Shown here: in pieces, positions 37,801-51,025 of the stretch
Layout of the letters: each line of letters starts with the position of its first letter
Position numbering within the stretch: position 1 is the first letter of the stretch
NCBI RefSeq assembly: GCF_902713615.1
Contig: NC_052149.1
Coordinates: 106,866,989-106,930,988 of the forward strand
Source: Scyliorhinus canicula
Taxonomy: Eukaryota
Direction: 5' to 3'
Length of the DNA stretch: 64,000 nucleotides
Program-made: the position numbers and the translations under genes
The notes under the pieces: model-generated
Seen by the model: the letters and a program-made list of their open reading frames with translations, nothing else
Databases searched by the model: none
What the model was told of the DNA's origin: nothing

Positions 37801-38270
37801 CACCTTCAACGCCTCCCAGAATGTGGATGCTGACATCTCCCCATTCTGATTAATTTCCACATAGTCCCCGATTGCCAACCTCACCTTTCCACAGACCCCC
37901 TTGTCTGCCAACAAATCGAGCCTCCATCCCGGCCTCTGCACCTACCTCTGGCTGAGCCTCACCTCCAACCAATGCAGTGTGTAATTGGATATTACGATTC
38001 CCGCGTAGTCCGCCCCCACCACCCCCAACAATGCTGCTCGACTCACCACAAAGAAATGAATTCTCAAGTACACTTTATACACGTGTGAGAAGGAGTTCTC
38101 TCCTCCACAGGTCAACCATTCCCATCCACTCCATAAACTCTCCCAGCTCCTTAGCCATCTGCAACCTCCCCATTGACTTGGGACTTGACCTGTCCACCCT
38201 CAGTTCCATCACGCAATTAAAATTTCCATCCATAATCAATTGGTGCCAAAGGTTCATGGTCTTCAATGGC
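37795..38270 (-). mobile_element. L1-clade endonuclease-region fragments
   Basis: LIMDGNFNCVMELRVDRSS..MAKELGEFMEWMGMVDLWR and YVEINQNGEMSASTFWEALKVV. Confidence 0.7.
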
Positions 38271-39250
38271 ATTAAACACATTTGCACAGCACCATACCAC
38301 CCCTCATCGAATGGGTTAACTGAACATGCTGTCCAAACATTCAAAGCTGGCATGAAACATTAATCACCTGCTCCATTGGAGATTAAAGTGGCCCTATGTT
38401 CTCCTGTCTTACAGAACCACCCTGCACACTATGATGGGAATAGCTCCAGCTGATTTGCTACTGAGCCGTTGCTTAACGACCAGATTATGCTTCGTAGTTC
38501 CAAATTTGGCAGGGAGGATGGGACAAGGCAGATTTGTCAACAGAGGAACCATAATTCTTCGAAAATAGAGAAAATTTGAAAACGTTTGAAAATGGTCCAA
38601 ATTAGGTTCCTGGAGTTGTGGTGGCTAAAATAGGGCCATTATTGTTTGCGGTGCAAGTATAAGACAAGTTAGTGAAGAAACACGGGTGGACCACTTGAGC
38701 AGGTGGGAGCCATCCAGAGAGCCAATGGTGTTGCCTAATCCAGTTCTGCCCAAAAGCAGTGTGGTGGCTTGCCCAAGAGTTGAAGTGGCTGATCAGCCAG
38801 TTGCAGGCCAATGTGCTGCTCCCATTATATCTGAAGAAAGTGAGACATGGATTCCAGGGGATAGTTCCAGTGAGATATTTGCAGCAGAATATACATCGAC
38901 AGTGGAGCTACAGCCAATTGAGCTACATCGCTCCCAGAGGAAGAGAAAATCCCCTCTCGGACTGAGTTTTTGATGGACTGTGTAGATGAAGTGTCTCTCA
39001 GTACTGATGTTTTGTTAAGAGTATAACTATTTCATTTGTATTGTATGATAAGGGACTTACAGGGGAGGGATGTAGCAGCTGGCTCCTTTCAGGGGTATAC
39101 ATTATGACCCATCACCCAATGGGAATCAAGCACCGGGAACTTGGTGCAGAGCCTGAGCTTTTGCAGCCAGAGTAGACCCTAGAGCTCATAGTGATAACAC
39201 CATGAAAGACTATGCGTAAATACCGTTTGTAAATTAGCTATAAATATTGA
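38255..39250 (+). mobile_element. Gypsy integrase remnant with PPT and 3' LTR start
   Basis: NGIKHICTAPYHPSSNGLTEHAVQTFK integrase motif; polypurine aggggaggga directly before TGTAGC at 39071. Confidence 0.75.
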
Positions 39251-39386
39251 AAATTACTTATAATTCATTATACATACTGACTGGTGGTCTCCAATCCTTC
39301 CTTTATTGCAGTGACTTTAGTTCATTAATTTTTTTAAAGGATAGCAGATTATCTGATTACTGTAAAACCGTAAGAATCTACACAAC

Positions 39387-39388
<2 letters not shown>

Positions 39389-39420
<32 letters not shown>
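39389..39420. repeat. Poly-C tract (32 nt)
   Basis: Directly visible. Confidence 0.95.
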
Positions 39421-39421
<1 letters not shown>

Positions 39422-42247
39422 CCCGATCACCACCACAAACTGGCCAACCTGTCTCATTTCATTGCTATCACACACATCTATTCACCAACCACAACAATGA
39501 AAGTTCTTTAGCTGCCCAGCAAATAGTCACATGGCAGGGGTCTCATGCTGATTCTCTGTACAAAACGTCAGAATGACTGTTGGAAGAAGCCAACTGCTGC
39601 CCACCACCAATCTTTGTCTGAGCGATTGGCACGACTGCAGTCAGATCCCTGAACAAGTAACCCTGTGCGTGGCATTACCCAGGACAAAATGCACACCAAG
39701 CAAATTTGGCTGGGCTGGAGATGATTCACTTTTGGTAATAACAGTAAGCTTCAATACAGCCTTTTTCTCTCAATACAGAGTCAAAAGGCTTATTGCACTG
39801 TTATTGAAACCAGGCAGCCACATTCCCGTTACTCTTTTGGGAAATAATTACATCAAGAACAATGTTATTTTGTGTGCAACACAATAAATTGAAAAGTTTC
39901 TGAATCACCACCAGCCCACTCTCTTTATAATGAGTGAAATTATTTCACAAACCAGTTCAAAGTTGAACAATTGGTGGTATCTTGAAAACTTGTTTAAATG
40001 CTAGGTTTGATTCGTCTCTGCGCAGATTACCATTGCAGATACTCATAGCAAATCAGAGGACATAAATTCTTGTGACACATAATTATCTGAACTGTCTGTT
40101 TTATTTTGGCCCAGTTAAAAGCAGAACCAGGGCTGAATTAAAACAAGATAGACCAAACGGTCACAGAGTTTTAGGTGCAAAAGTGCTGGCTATCATCATG
40201 GAGTTTCTGTGACCTTTTGCACTAGTTCTTTCCTCTTTCTTGTGAATGGGCACTATTGTAAAACCTTACTGAGCACAGAAGATTCTTCCACAAACCAGGG
40301 TTCAAACTGGTCAGCTTCATTTGGTACAATGACGCACAGTTCATACACCCGCAGAATTCATTTCGGGAGCAGATGATGGAGTTTAGTTAAGTTTTATCAG
40401 ATTGAAACATTTAAAAAAAATCAGGAACAACCCTCCTGTGCGGAAAAAAGTGGAGTAAAGCTGGAGCATTTTCAAACTCAAAATGTGGGCCCCCGACTGC
40501 AGTACATGTTTTTTCTTTCCTGCAAAGCCTTCTTCCAACATCAAGATATTGTCGTTTCATAAGACTTGAAAACAGCTTCCCACAGATTGGGTCACTGCAC
40601 ATGCTGCACTAAATCAGTCTTATTGACCCAGCTTCCTACAGAGGAAGTGGAAAGAGGGGGTTGCCATCGTTGTAATAATCAGCTCGCCGGACCCCCCAGT
40701 GATACACACTACTCTCCGTGCACCATGTTAATGTGGAGCTAACATTGTCATGTGGCACCAACTCCTTGGCAGCACAGTGAGGAGCTCGAACAAAAGTGGA
40801 TTTCCTATCAGGAGAAAAATTATCGGATTGCAGTCTATAAACAAAATATAAATCACAAAGGATGCTTGAGGAAACGAATATTTATAATAGGATACAGTGA
40901 ATTACCTCAAGATGAACAATTTATCCATGCACAAACGTCAAAGGTCATTAATTTTTATCACATAAACAGATTATACTGTATAATAAACATCTACATCATC
41001 GCATAATCTTTGTCAGAATTCAAAATTAATGCCCCTCCTCAAGAAATATGTTTATAAAATATTCTCCAAAGGAGAAATGTGTGCATTGGTATTATGTGAC
41101 ACCCAATTTAAATTTGAAGAGTAAACATTAAGTATACTAAGGAAAGGATACTTAAACTGAAAATTAATTGCATTGCCCAGTCCATGCAACAGGCATTTGC
41201 ACTCAATAGCCCATAACATCCTGGTTCCTCAGCATTGCATTTAAGGGGCACCCCAATGATGCGCTCGGGAATTCCTCGAGGAAGGCTTTACGCAGCAGTT
41301 GCCCAGAAGTGCTAATTTTCTCTGGACAATTGTGCTTGGTTAGGAATCATGAACTTTGGGTGATTCTGCCAGTTTTACCGATAGTTACTCTGAAAAAGTC
41401 AGAAAGACTTACAACTCCGGAGTACCCATTTAAAAACCCAACCTCGCACGGGACACACAACACACGGTCCCTCAGGAAACCCACCATACTTCCCCCACCC
41501 ACAGCACCGAGCCGACCGACCTGCAGCCTGTGCCGTAAAAGGGGGTTGCTTTCTTCCATGTGCCCGAGTTATTCCGCGCGATGTAACTGGGGGTGTGCTT
41601 CGCTGCTCCTGTCTCACCCAGCCTGAGTGAGGAAGTTGGGCGAGACAGGAGCTTGGGAATTACAGCAAGGTAAAGCTCATCCAAAATCACAATCTGACGG
41701 AGATTACCACTCTGAGGAAGTTATGGGCCATTATACATAGTTCTAGGTTAGTCATCCAATGAATGTTATTTTGCATACAGAAGCCATAACACTCTCCACA
41801 TTCCACCACTCTTGTCATCAATATTTCGCAGCTCAAAACCTGATTTCTAAACGTGACCAAATTGAAAACAAAATGTCACTAGCTATTTGCCTCTCCTCAA
41901 ACCACAAGCCAACAGGCAGAATCAGAAATTATTCATGTGTAATTATTATATTCTGCTGAAATTGGGGGATGGTAACATGATGGCAATGACACTGGACTAG
42001 TAATCCAGGGGCCAAAACTATTGCTCTGGAGCAATGAGTTCAAGTCCCAGCATAGCAGTTGAGGGCATTTATATTCAATTAGTTCACAAATTTAGAATAA
42101 AATTCAGTTAGTAATGATGGCCATGAAACTGCTGTTTTATTGTAAAAACACATCTGGTTACCTTAAGGGGATGAAATCTGTTGTTTCTACTTGATCTGGC
42201 CTACATATTATTCCAGACCCACAGCAATGTGGTTGACTCTTAAACTA

Positions 42248-42593
42248 GGGGCAGCAGTGTAGCATGGTGGTTAGCATAAATGCTTCACAGCTCCAGGGTC
42301 CCGGGTTCGATTCCCGGCTGGGTCACTGTCTGTGTGGAGTCTGCACGTCCTCCCGCTGTGTGCGTGGGTTTCCTCCGGGTGCTCCGGTTTCCTCCCACAG
42401 TCCAAAGATGTGCGGGTTAGGTGGATTGGCCATGCTAAATTGCCCGTAGTGTCCTAATAAAAGTAAGGTTAAGGGGGGGGGATGTTGGGTTACGGGTATA
42501 GGGTGGATACGTGGGTTTGAGTAGGGTGATCATGGCTCGGCACAACATTGAGGGCCAAAGGACCTGTTCTGTGCTGTACTGTTCTATGTTCTA
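42248..42593 (+). mobile_element. Young HE1 SINE nested in a family-2 SINE
   Basis: Interrupts gactcttaa...ccctctgaaatg; ends gttctatgttcta; nearly identical to the 51974 and 52430 copies. Confidence 0.85.
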
Positions 42594-42759
42594 TACCCTC
42601 TGAAATGTCCGAACAGCCATGCAGTTGTATCAAACCACTGCACAACAGTCAAGTAAGAATAAAGTTGGACAGACCACATGGCCTTGAACTAGGAAGTAGA
42701 AAAAACAAAGGCATACCGTGTCCAGTTAACCCCGTCAGATGCTTCTTACCATCAGCTGG

Positions 42760-42950
42760 GTTTTTGCCAAAATTTACATGGTTGTCCCATAACTTGTGAA
42801 ACAACAAGCCTGATATACTCATAACCACCAAATCATACCTTACAGACAATGTCCCATACTCCTCCATCGCCATCCCTGTGTATGTCTTATCACACCAGCA
42901 GGACAGACTGACCAGAGGTGGCACAATGGTGTGCAGTCAGGAGATAATGG
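42760..42950 (+). mobile_element. CR1-like LINE endonuclease fragment
   Basis: Approximately QQPDILITTKSYLTDNVPYSSIAIPVYVLSHQQDRLTRGG. Confidence 0.55.
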
Positions 42951-42974
42951 CTCTAAGAGCATCAAAGAATCCTG

Positions 42975-43290
42975 ACAATGTGGAAGGAGGCCATTTGGCC
43001 TATCGGGTCTGCACGGACCCTGTGAAAGAGGGCCCTTCCTAAGCCCACTCCCCCGCCCTATCCACGTAACCCGACCTAAGCGACAAATCTTTGGACACTA
43101 AGGGGCAATTTAGCACGGTCAATCCACCTAACCTGCACGTCTTTGGACTGTGGGAGGAAACTGGACACCCAGAGGAAACCCACGCAGACATGGGAAGAAA
43201 ATGCAAACTTCACACAGTCACCCAAGGCTGGAATTGAACCCGGGTTCCTGGTGCTGTGAGGCTATGGTGCTAACCACTGTGCCATCGTGT
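42975..43290 (-). mobile_element. HE1-type V-SINE
   Basis: Reverse V-core and head. Confidence 0.8.
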
Positions 43291-46200
43291 CACCCTAGGT
43301 CAAACATACGGTCTGGTGTGTCTGTCCTGCCAGTGGAACAAAACATAATCAGGATAGTGATAGGGGAGAATGGAGTCTGTAAGTGAGTATGACTATGCCA
43401 GGCTGTTGCTTGACTAATTGACTCTCCCAATTTTGACACAAGTGCCTGGACGTTAGTGAGGCTGATCTTGGCGGGTCGACTTGGCAGGTTGCGCCTTTGT
43501 CGAATCTGTTGCCGAGGGTGATACCGGGTGGCCGATCCAGGTTTATTCTTACTTGACGTTTCTGTTACAATTTGACACAGCTCAATGCTAGAGGACCGTT
43601 AAGAATTTATCACATTGCTGTGATCTGTAATCGCATGTCGGCCAGACTGGGTAAGGATGGCAGATTTCTTCCACTGCAGGGATTTATGCAATAGATTTTT
43701 TTAACAATGATTAAGTAGTTTCATACTACAATTACCAAAACCAACTTTTTATTCCAAAGTTATCTAATTAACTGAGTTTAAATTCCTCCAGGTGCCATGC
43801 TGGGATTTGAACTCATGTGTCTGGAGCATTGTTCAGGCCTCTGGATTAGTAGTCCAGTAACATTGCCACACAACTGTTTCCTTGTTCAACAAGGTTAAAA
43901 TATTTTCTCTTTACATAGCAGAGTTTGCAACGAAGCACACTGAACGTTCCTTGGGGTACATGAGCAGGCAAACGTAGAGAACCTCACTACTGAAATGATG
44001 AAACTACAAACATCCATGAACTGTCCAAAATTGGTTTGAGTAGATATGACTTTTGTTGTCAAAACATGCATGTAAAGGTCACTTTGTGTGTGTTCATGAA
44101 GATTTGGTGCTCAGTTAAGAGCAAAGGACAGGTTTCAATGGCTGTCCAGTCTCCTGAATGTTTGCTGTTTCATCATTTCAGTAGTGACGCTAAAAAATTA
44201 GTAACACACTCCCATTACAACCAAATAAAACTAAACCGGTTTGATAAATCAGAAAACTTTACAACATTGAAATGGAATACCGTAGGATGCTCTAGAATGT
44301 GGTTGGAACGTCTGCCGATTTTAGTACACATATTTCTCAAACATTGTACTGGGCTCTGAAAAGGAAAAAGAGATTGAAAATCAGGTATGTGTTGAGATTA
44401 GTCGATGAGGGAATATATTTATTTGAAACATCAAAATAATGTTTTTCGTCTCTTTATTATCACAGGGCCAAGTCTTCAATATCAGCAAAGATGCCCAGGT
44501 GACCTTGGACAGTGGAAGTCAGCAGGTCAAGCAGGGTTTATTGGACTGTAACATGAATGGGTTTCCTGAACAGCATCCTGCTCCCTAACCCAGGGATGCC
44601 GAGACAAATTCCAGTACTTCCTTTGCTGTTTTAGTGGGCAGTAGCTAACTCAGCAGACACGGAGCTCAGTCGCCTTTACAGCTCCTCTCCCTTACTACCC
44701 TCCCTTACACCTCTGAAATGCCTTGCAATGCTTCAGTTAAAGGTGCTGAACAATTGCAGGTTGTTGTGGCTCGCTGGATACCCCACCTGAGGCAGTGACA
44801 TGGGTGGAAACACTCCAACATTTTATCTTTAAATGGAGAAAAAAACTGAAGCTCTATAATCGGCAATTACAACATCAGGATGTCCAAAGTGACATCCATT
44901 GAAGTATTTTGTGAAGGCGCTCATTAAATACAGAAAAAGTGGCAGCCAACGCATTCACAGCTACTCCAAGAGAGAATCCTGACTGAAAGGCAACAACAGT
45001 GTTGAGGGTGAGTGAGAAGACACAGGGCGAGACCTAATGGCTTTGTTGTACCTGGTGCAGATCCGTGTGAGCCAGTTAGATCGCGGAAGAGGCCTAATTC
45101 GGGATCCATGCCAGGTGCCGATCGGTTTCCGATCTAACTGGCTCGCTCCTGTTGGCAGCATCCGGATCCAGTCTAGATGTGGTGGGAAACCAATCATCAC
45201 CAATTAAGGCCAATCTCCATATTGTTAACGGGACGGACCACCTATCTAACGGCCTCCTGTGATCTAACCGGCTAAGCAGTGAGCGATCACGTGGGTGCCC
45301 TTTAGCCCTCCTATTTAAAAACATGAAGCTGCCGCAATGGCTGCTGTGGGAACGGAGGAGGTTAGTGTCCATCTTCGAAGTTTGACGATCAGCCCGGGGG
45401 GGAAGGTTCTTGTCGGGGGGATCGGCTGCTATCAGTGGAGGAGGGGGGATGCACCCGTGGGCTAGAGGGTGAGGTGTTCAGTGCCTCGGGGTCCAACATG
45501 CCCTTCCCACCCCCAGATAGTGTATACCTGTAACAGGGTCAATTTCAGCTGCTATCCATCCCGCTGAATACCCCCAGGACAGAGCCCTGTCCATGGTAAA
45601 ATGGTGAAGGTCACTTTAACTCCCTCAGACCGTGGTGGCCTCTGGCTGCACAGCTGAAGGCTATTGCTGATAGGGAATTGGCAGTCACATGAGCACTTCA
45701 CAGCTCCCAAATGGATTCCCAAGGGTGTGCCATGCCGCAGGCGAGTATTATTGCCTGGCACTCCAATCAGACTGAGGACTGGACACTTTGTGTGAACACT
45801 GGCGGCGCCAACTCCGCAGACGCAGCAGCCAACAATCAAACACCCAAGAGCTGGGCCGCAGCACTGGGGATATCCTGGCTATTGAATTGAATCCTCCAAT
45901 GTCAAACCTCCACTTACCTGGTCTAATCTGCATACTTTGGATTTCACACTCTTGGCCTACCAAATTCTCACTTCAGTGGAGGCAGCTGATGAATTAAATG
46001 GGCAGTTACCACCGTAAATCATGCTGAGATGAATGCCAGCTTGTCTCCAGCCCCACCTCTGTGAAAATGGTGCATGCTGTGTTCGGAAATGATATTTAGA
46101 AATTCTGGCCATTTCCTGGATTTTCGCCAAATAGAAATCATGTTTATTGTGGTGAAAATCTGGGCCTGGTGTCCACACGTGGCATAGTAGCCTGCTCCAG

Positions 46201-46349
46201 TTTACTTCTGGGGAGGGGAGAAAACTATAAAACTTGCATGAGTTCCAAGAACTGTGGTGCTGCTGTTAGCAATCTTAGCTTTTAGTCAGAATTTTGCTGA
46301 TTAAACCCCCAGCCAATCCAGTTACAAACACAAAATCTAAATTAGTCCT

Positions 46350-46630
46350 TCAGTACGGTACTGAAGGAGTGTTATATTGTCAGAGGCATTGTCTTTCAGA
46401 AGAGGCATTAAACTGGATGCCCTGGATGACCTCATGGATGGATACAAAAGATCTCATGGCACTATTTTGACAGATAGCAGCAGAGTTATCACCATTGTCC
46501 TAGAAAACATTTGCCTCTCAATCAACATCAACTATAGATCATCTGGCCGTTATCACATTGCTCGGTGGCTGGTGTCTTTTCCAGAATAGCGATGTTGGCT
46601 GGAAATCGTTTTGGGACATTCTGAGGTCCA
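46350..46630 (+). mobile_element. DeuSINE-like SINE
   Basis: gatctcatggcactatttt...tcatctggccgttatcacattgct...ttttgggacattctgagg. Confidence 0.55.
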
Positions 46631-47392
46631 TTTATTTTTAGAAGAATTAATCCTTTGACATTTACTTTGAAAAAAAATGCAACTTGGATTATTGCTAACT
46701 CAGGGCCACGGCTGATGTTGAAAAGAGCATGGACAGCAAATGCTCAAATGAAATGGTGGCTAACCAGGAAATGATTACTTTACCTTTTTGGACGAAGAAA
46801 TCACATATCAAACTCCAATGCTGGGCAGAAGAGTCACTTTAAATATGTGGAACATGCTAACAACATGTCTCGTGCACACCTATAGTACAGCAGCGGAGGT
46901 TTGAGTGTGCTGCCTATTTAGAGCAGATCACTTAAGTAAATCATTTAAAATAAAGGTCTGAGAGCAATTGGGTAGGCAGTGAAAAGGAGGCGGAAGGTGC
47001 TGTCTCCACTCACCATTCTTGAGGGTCAGGAGAATCAAAGGAATTTTTGGCTTTCCCCAGCTCTGATCCACCAGTCCACCAACACCTCTCCCGCCAGAGC
47101 TCCCTAGGTTGCTATCCTCTCTTCCACGTGAACCTCTCCCATTCCCCCAAACGTCAACCCTTTGGCGTACTGGTCTTGTGTCTCCCACTCGGTCCATCAC
47201 CCTTACTTCCAACCTCTCATGTCACAATTCCTGCCTCTCCCACAGAATGCCAAGATAAAGTTTCCTGCTGTTGGTGTCCCCTCCCAGTCACCAACCTGAC
47301 TGTTAATTTGACCAATTGCCATGCAACAAATGGATCTAAAAAAGAATGTTAGAGATCCTGCCATTAAAGTTTGACAGATCCTTCATACCCCA

Positions 47393-47662
47393 GGACTGTG
47401 GGAGGAAACTGGAGCACCCAGAGGAGCACATGCAGTGGGTTTCTTCCGGGTGCTCCAGTTTCCTCCAACAGTCCAAAGATGTGCAGGTTAGGTGTATTGG
47501 CCATTCTAAATTGCTCTTAGTGTCCAAAAAAGGTTAGGTGAGGTTGCTGGGTTATGGAGATGGGGAGGAGGTGTGGGCTTCAGTGGGGTGTTCTTTCCAA
47601 GAGCCGGTGCAGACTCGATGGGCCGAATGGCCTCCTTCTGCACTGTAATTTCTATGATTCTA
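47393..47662 (+). mobile_element. HE1 SINE with 5' fold-back inversion
   Basis: An inverted V-core arm replaces the head; normal 3' part ends tttctatgattctatg. Confidence 0.75.
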
Positions 47663-47664
47663 TG

Positions 47665-48040
47665 TCTGCTGTCCTTGTCCTTTTAGACAGTAGAGGTCAC
47701 AGATTTGAAAGGTGCTGCAGTGCATCTTGTAAATGGTACACACTGCCGCCATTGTGCATTTGTGGAGGAAGGGAATTTTTGTGGAAGGGATGCCACTCAA
47801 GCGAGCTGCGTTGTCCTGGATGGTGTCGAGCTCCCTGAGTGTTGATGGAGCTGCATTTATCCATGCACCTGGGGAGTATTCCATTACACTCCTGACTTGT
47901 ACATTGTAGATGATGGACAGGCTTTAGGGAGTCAGGAGGGGAGTTACTCGCCACATAATTCCCAGCCTCTGATATGCTTTTGTTGCCACTGTATTTTTAT
48001 GGCCAGTCCAGCTCAGTTTCTGGGAAATGGCAACCCGCAG
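47665..48040 (-). mobile_element. CR1/L2-group LINE C-terminal fragment
   Basis: MEYSPGAWINAAPSTLRELDTIQDNAARLSG...AAVCTIYKMHCS. Confidence 0.7.
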
Positions 48041-49594
48041 GACAATAATAATAATCACTTATTGTCACAAGTAGGCTTCAATGAAGTTACTGTGAAAAGC
48101 CCCTAGACGCCACATTCCGGCGCCTGCTCGGGGAGGCCAGTACGGGATTTTGCTACTGATTTCAGCAACTTATTTTGGCAAAGAAATTAATCCCAATTCG
48201 CTCTGGTGCCCCAACCTAACTTGGTGTCAGAACCTAACTTTATCACCGTGACTGAAATCAGTATTATAAGTTTACGTTTGCTGCATTGTGTGTTACGCTC
48301 AACCCAGAAAGAAAGGGTCTATCATTCACTTTGTTGTCTAGACAAAGCACTGCTAGATATAACGCTCTTTTTGTTTATATGTCATCGTACTTCCATCTAA
48401 TGAGACAAATTACAGCAAAATAAATTGCCGTTTTTCAGCCACCCTGACAATCCTAGTAAAGGAAATGATGGGAAATCCATACTTCAACAAAAAACACAAC
48501 TATTACGTTTTTGCAATATATTTGTAAAATAAAGGCGACCAGCTGTCAATACATTGCCTTTGACCTTTACAACGCGTGAAGTATTTTGCTCTCCCCTGTT
48601 CCTTCCTCTCTCTCACACTATTCATCATTCTCTCCATCTGTTGTTCCATGTAAGTAGCAGCCTGTCAACTCTCTTGCTCAGCTTTCCTTCTTCATAATCA
48701 CCCTTTTAATTGCTCTCAAATCAATTTGTTTGATACAAATGCTTAGCTTTCCAAATAACAGCCTCATGGCATTTTCCCAGTGATCCAAAGCTTTCAAAGG
48801 GGATGTCCAGAAATCTGGTTCTGTACAGCATTTTTAGATGGGGCTGGAGGAGTAAAACTCGATGGACAGTCTGGGCTTCATCCCACGTACCTGGGGTTAA
48901 TTATAATCTCTCCACCCTCGGAGCTCCTGCTTCATCCCTCCCTTCCCACATGGTGCAATAGAAGAAGAGCCAATGTCCACTATGGGAGGTTCTGCCCTCC
49001 AGTGTCTCAAATCCTTTTAAATGCTCAAAGAACCTGCCAAAAAATACATACATAATCCAACGGGACGAGTCGCTGTCCCCACTCCATAAATATACACAGC
49101 GATAAATCAAAACTGCTGTGTTTTTTATGGCACATTGAACAGATGGAGTAATTAAGCAATCAACAGGGATGAAGGAAAGCTTTGAAGCTTGATAGTATTC
49201 AAAGCGAAGCCTGATGGGTGTGTTGAAGTTAAATATGTAGAGGAGAATATCAATTATGCGATGATCATTCAAGTTAAAAATTCAGAAAGTATATATCCAC
49301 AGGAACATTGCTTTTCTTGTTTTAGCAATCATAATACCACAACATGCTTGCAGTGAACAGAAGGATTGCTGAGCAGATGACATGCTATTTTCCTGTATCG
49401 GGTCCAGGAAGTGGTTTGAAAATCTGGTTTGAATTTGGAATTTGTTTACTGAAGGTTGTTAGGGAGAACTCATGGGAGGGCAGATGGAAGGTGGCCAACA
49501 AATGGAACACCATTCAAGGTCTATCATTAACCCCAATTAAAAGGTGGAAACAATCCTCTGCAGTTTGTGGTTCTCAAACGTAATTTCATTAGTC

Positions 49595-50445
49595 GGACTT
49601 CTGGTGACGAGGATGTGCTGAGAAATCGCACATCAAGTGGCCCTCCTCCTACGAACCCGAAAATAGGCTCTTTCATCCGAAATAGCCCGCTAATACGAAG
49701 AAAAAATATATCCCCTCACTTCAACCACAATCAGCGCGAAGTGAGATGCAGAACGGTAGAAACAAGAAGTGGAAAAAGGACTTCCGGTAGCGGCTATGAA
49801 GGAGTAAGTCGCACATTTGGTGGCTCCTGCTCGGGTCGGACTTTTGGACCTTTTCCCCCGATTTTCTACCGGAATTGATTTGAAAAATTGATGACTGAGG
49901 CAATTGTGTACTGTATTCCCACATCAGTGCATGGAGAGGAGGACTAGAAGTGCTTGTAAAGGCAGAAACAGAAGGACAGAGAAGGCTTGGGCTGAAGCAG
50001 CAGCGGAGTAAGCGTGGCAGAGGGCCGGACCTCTGGCTTGTCGACCCAGCGTTCAATGGAGCAAGTGATGCAAGTTATGCAGGAGGGCTCTGCCAAGCAG
50101 AAGCAGGACTGCTTGGACCCTATTAAAGAGGTAATTTCACAGCCGGAGCTTAGATTGGATGCCCAAGATCGGGCGATCTAGAAAGTAGAGAAGGCGCTGG
50201 CTGACCAGGAGGAACATCAAACAGCGGTGGAGTTGGAGGTGGGGGTTGTGAGAGACCAACAGAAAAGACGCCTGGAGAAGGTGGAGGACCTAGGGAACAG
50301 GTCCCACCGGCAGAGCCTGAGAATCGTTGGGCTCCTGGAGGGGTCCGAAGGAGCGGACGCTGGGACATACATAGCAGCCATGCTCAAAAAGCTTCTGGGA
50401 GATGGGACATTCCCCCGACCCTTGGAGGTGGACAGATATCCAATG
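49595..50445 (+). mobile_element. Two stacked L1/Tx1 5' ends with ORF1 remnant
   Basis: ggactt(c/t)(c/t)ggt...tcgcacat...gtggc at 49595 and 49778; ORF1 motif LEKVEDLGNRSHRQSLRIVGLLEGSEG...PRPLEVDR. Confidence 0.7.
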
Positions 50446-50449
50446 GATA

Positions 50450-51025
50450 TTGGAATTCAACCAGCAATGGTGGCCTTCCTGCTTGTCTTTACAGCCCTGG
50501 GGATGCCCTGCGGCTGTATCAGCCGGAGCTGCTTGAGGAGGAAGCTGCAGCAGCAGAGCATACAGGAGTGGAGCGGGCTGCAGAGGGGCAGGTGGCAGCT
50601 GCCCAGGTTGGAGAGCCGGCTGCCCAACAGGCCGAGGAGGAGGAAGTGCCAAGGAGGCGCCGCATGAGGCCTCGTGTGTACGTGAACCGCCTGTTAATAG
50701 AGGACCTGCTGGATCGGTTATGCATTGAAGATTCCGGTTGAGCAGAGACAGTGTAACATATCTGCCAGACGATGGCACACCTGGCACCGCGGGGATATGG
50801 GGGAGGACACCCACTCCTGCAGATAACAGGCTGCTCCACACAAACTGAAAGGAATTCCACTCGATGAACGTGCATCTGATATGTGACCATCAGCTGCACA
50901 TCATACATGTCTGCATCCACTACCAGGGCAGTGTGCACGACTCCTTCATCCTGGCACACTTGACGATTCCTGATATGTTTGAAACATTCCCCAAGCTAGG
51001 AGGTTGACTCCTGGGTGACAAGTAT
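50450..51025 (+). mobile_element. Decayed Harbinger (HARBI1-like) DDE transposase
   Basis: RPRVY...HICQTMAHLAPRGYGGGHP, then ..FHSMNVHLICDHQLHIIHVC....GSVHDSFILAH..IPDMFE...LLGDK; internal deletion and frameshifts. Confidence 0.75.

Noticed and set aside
42264-42449. Recurrent MVVSINASQLQGP...MLNCP peptide (also 51850, 52577, 53690)
   Set aside because: Translation of HE1 SINE copies, not a gene family.
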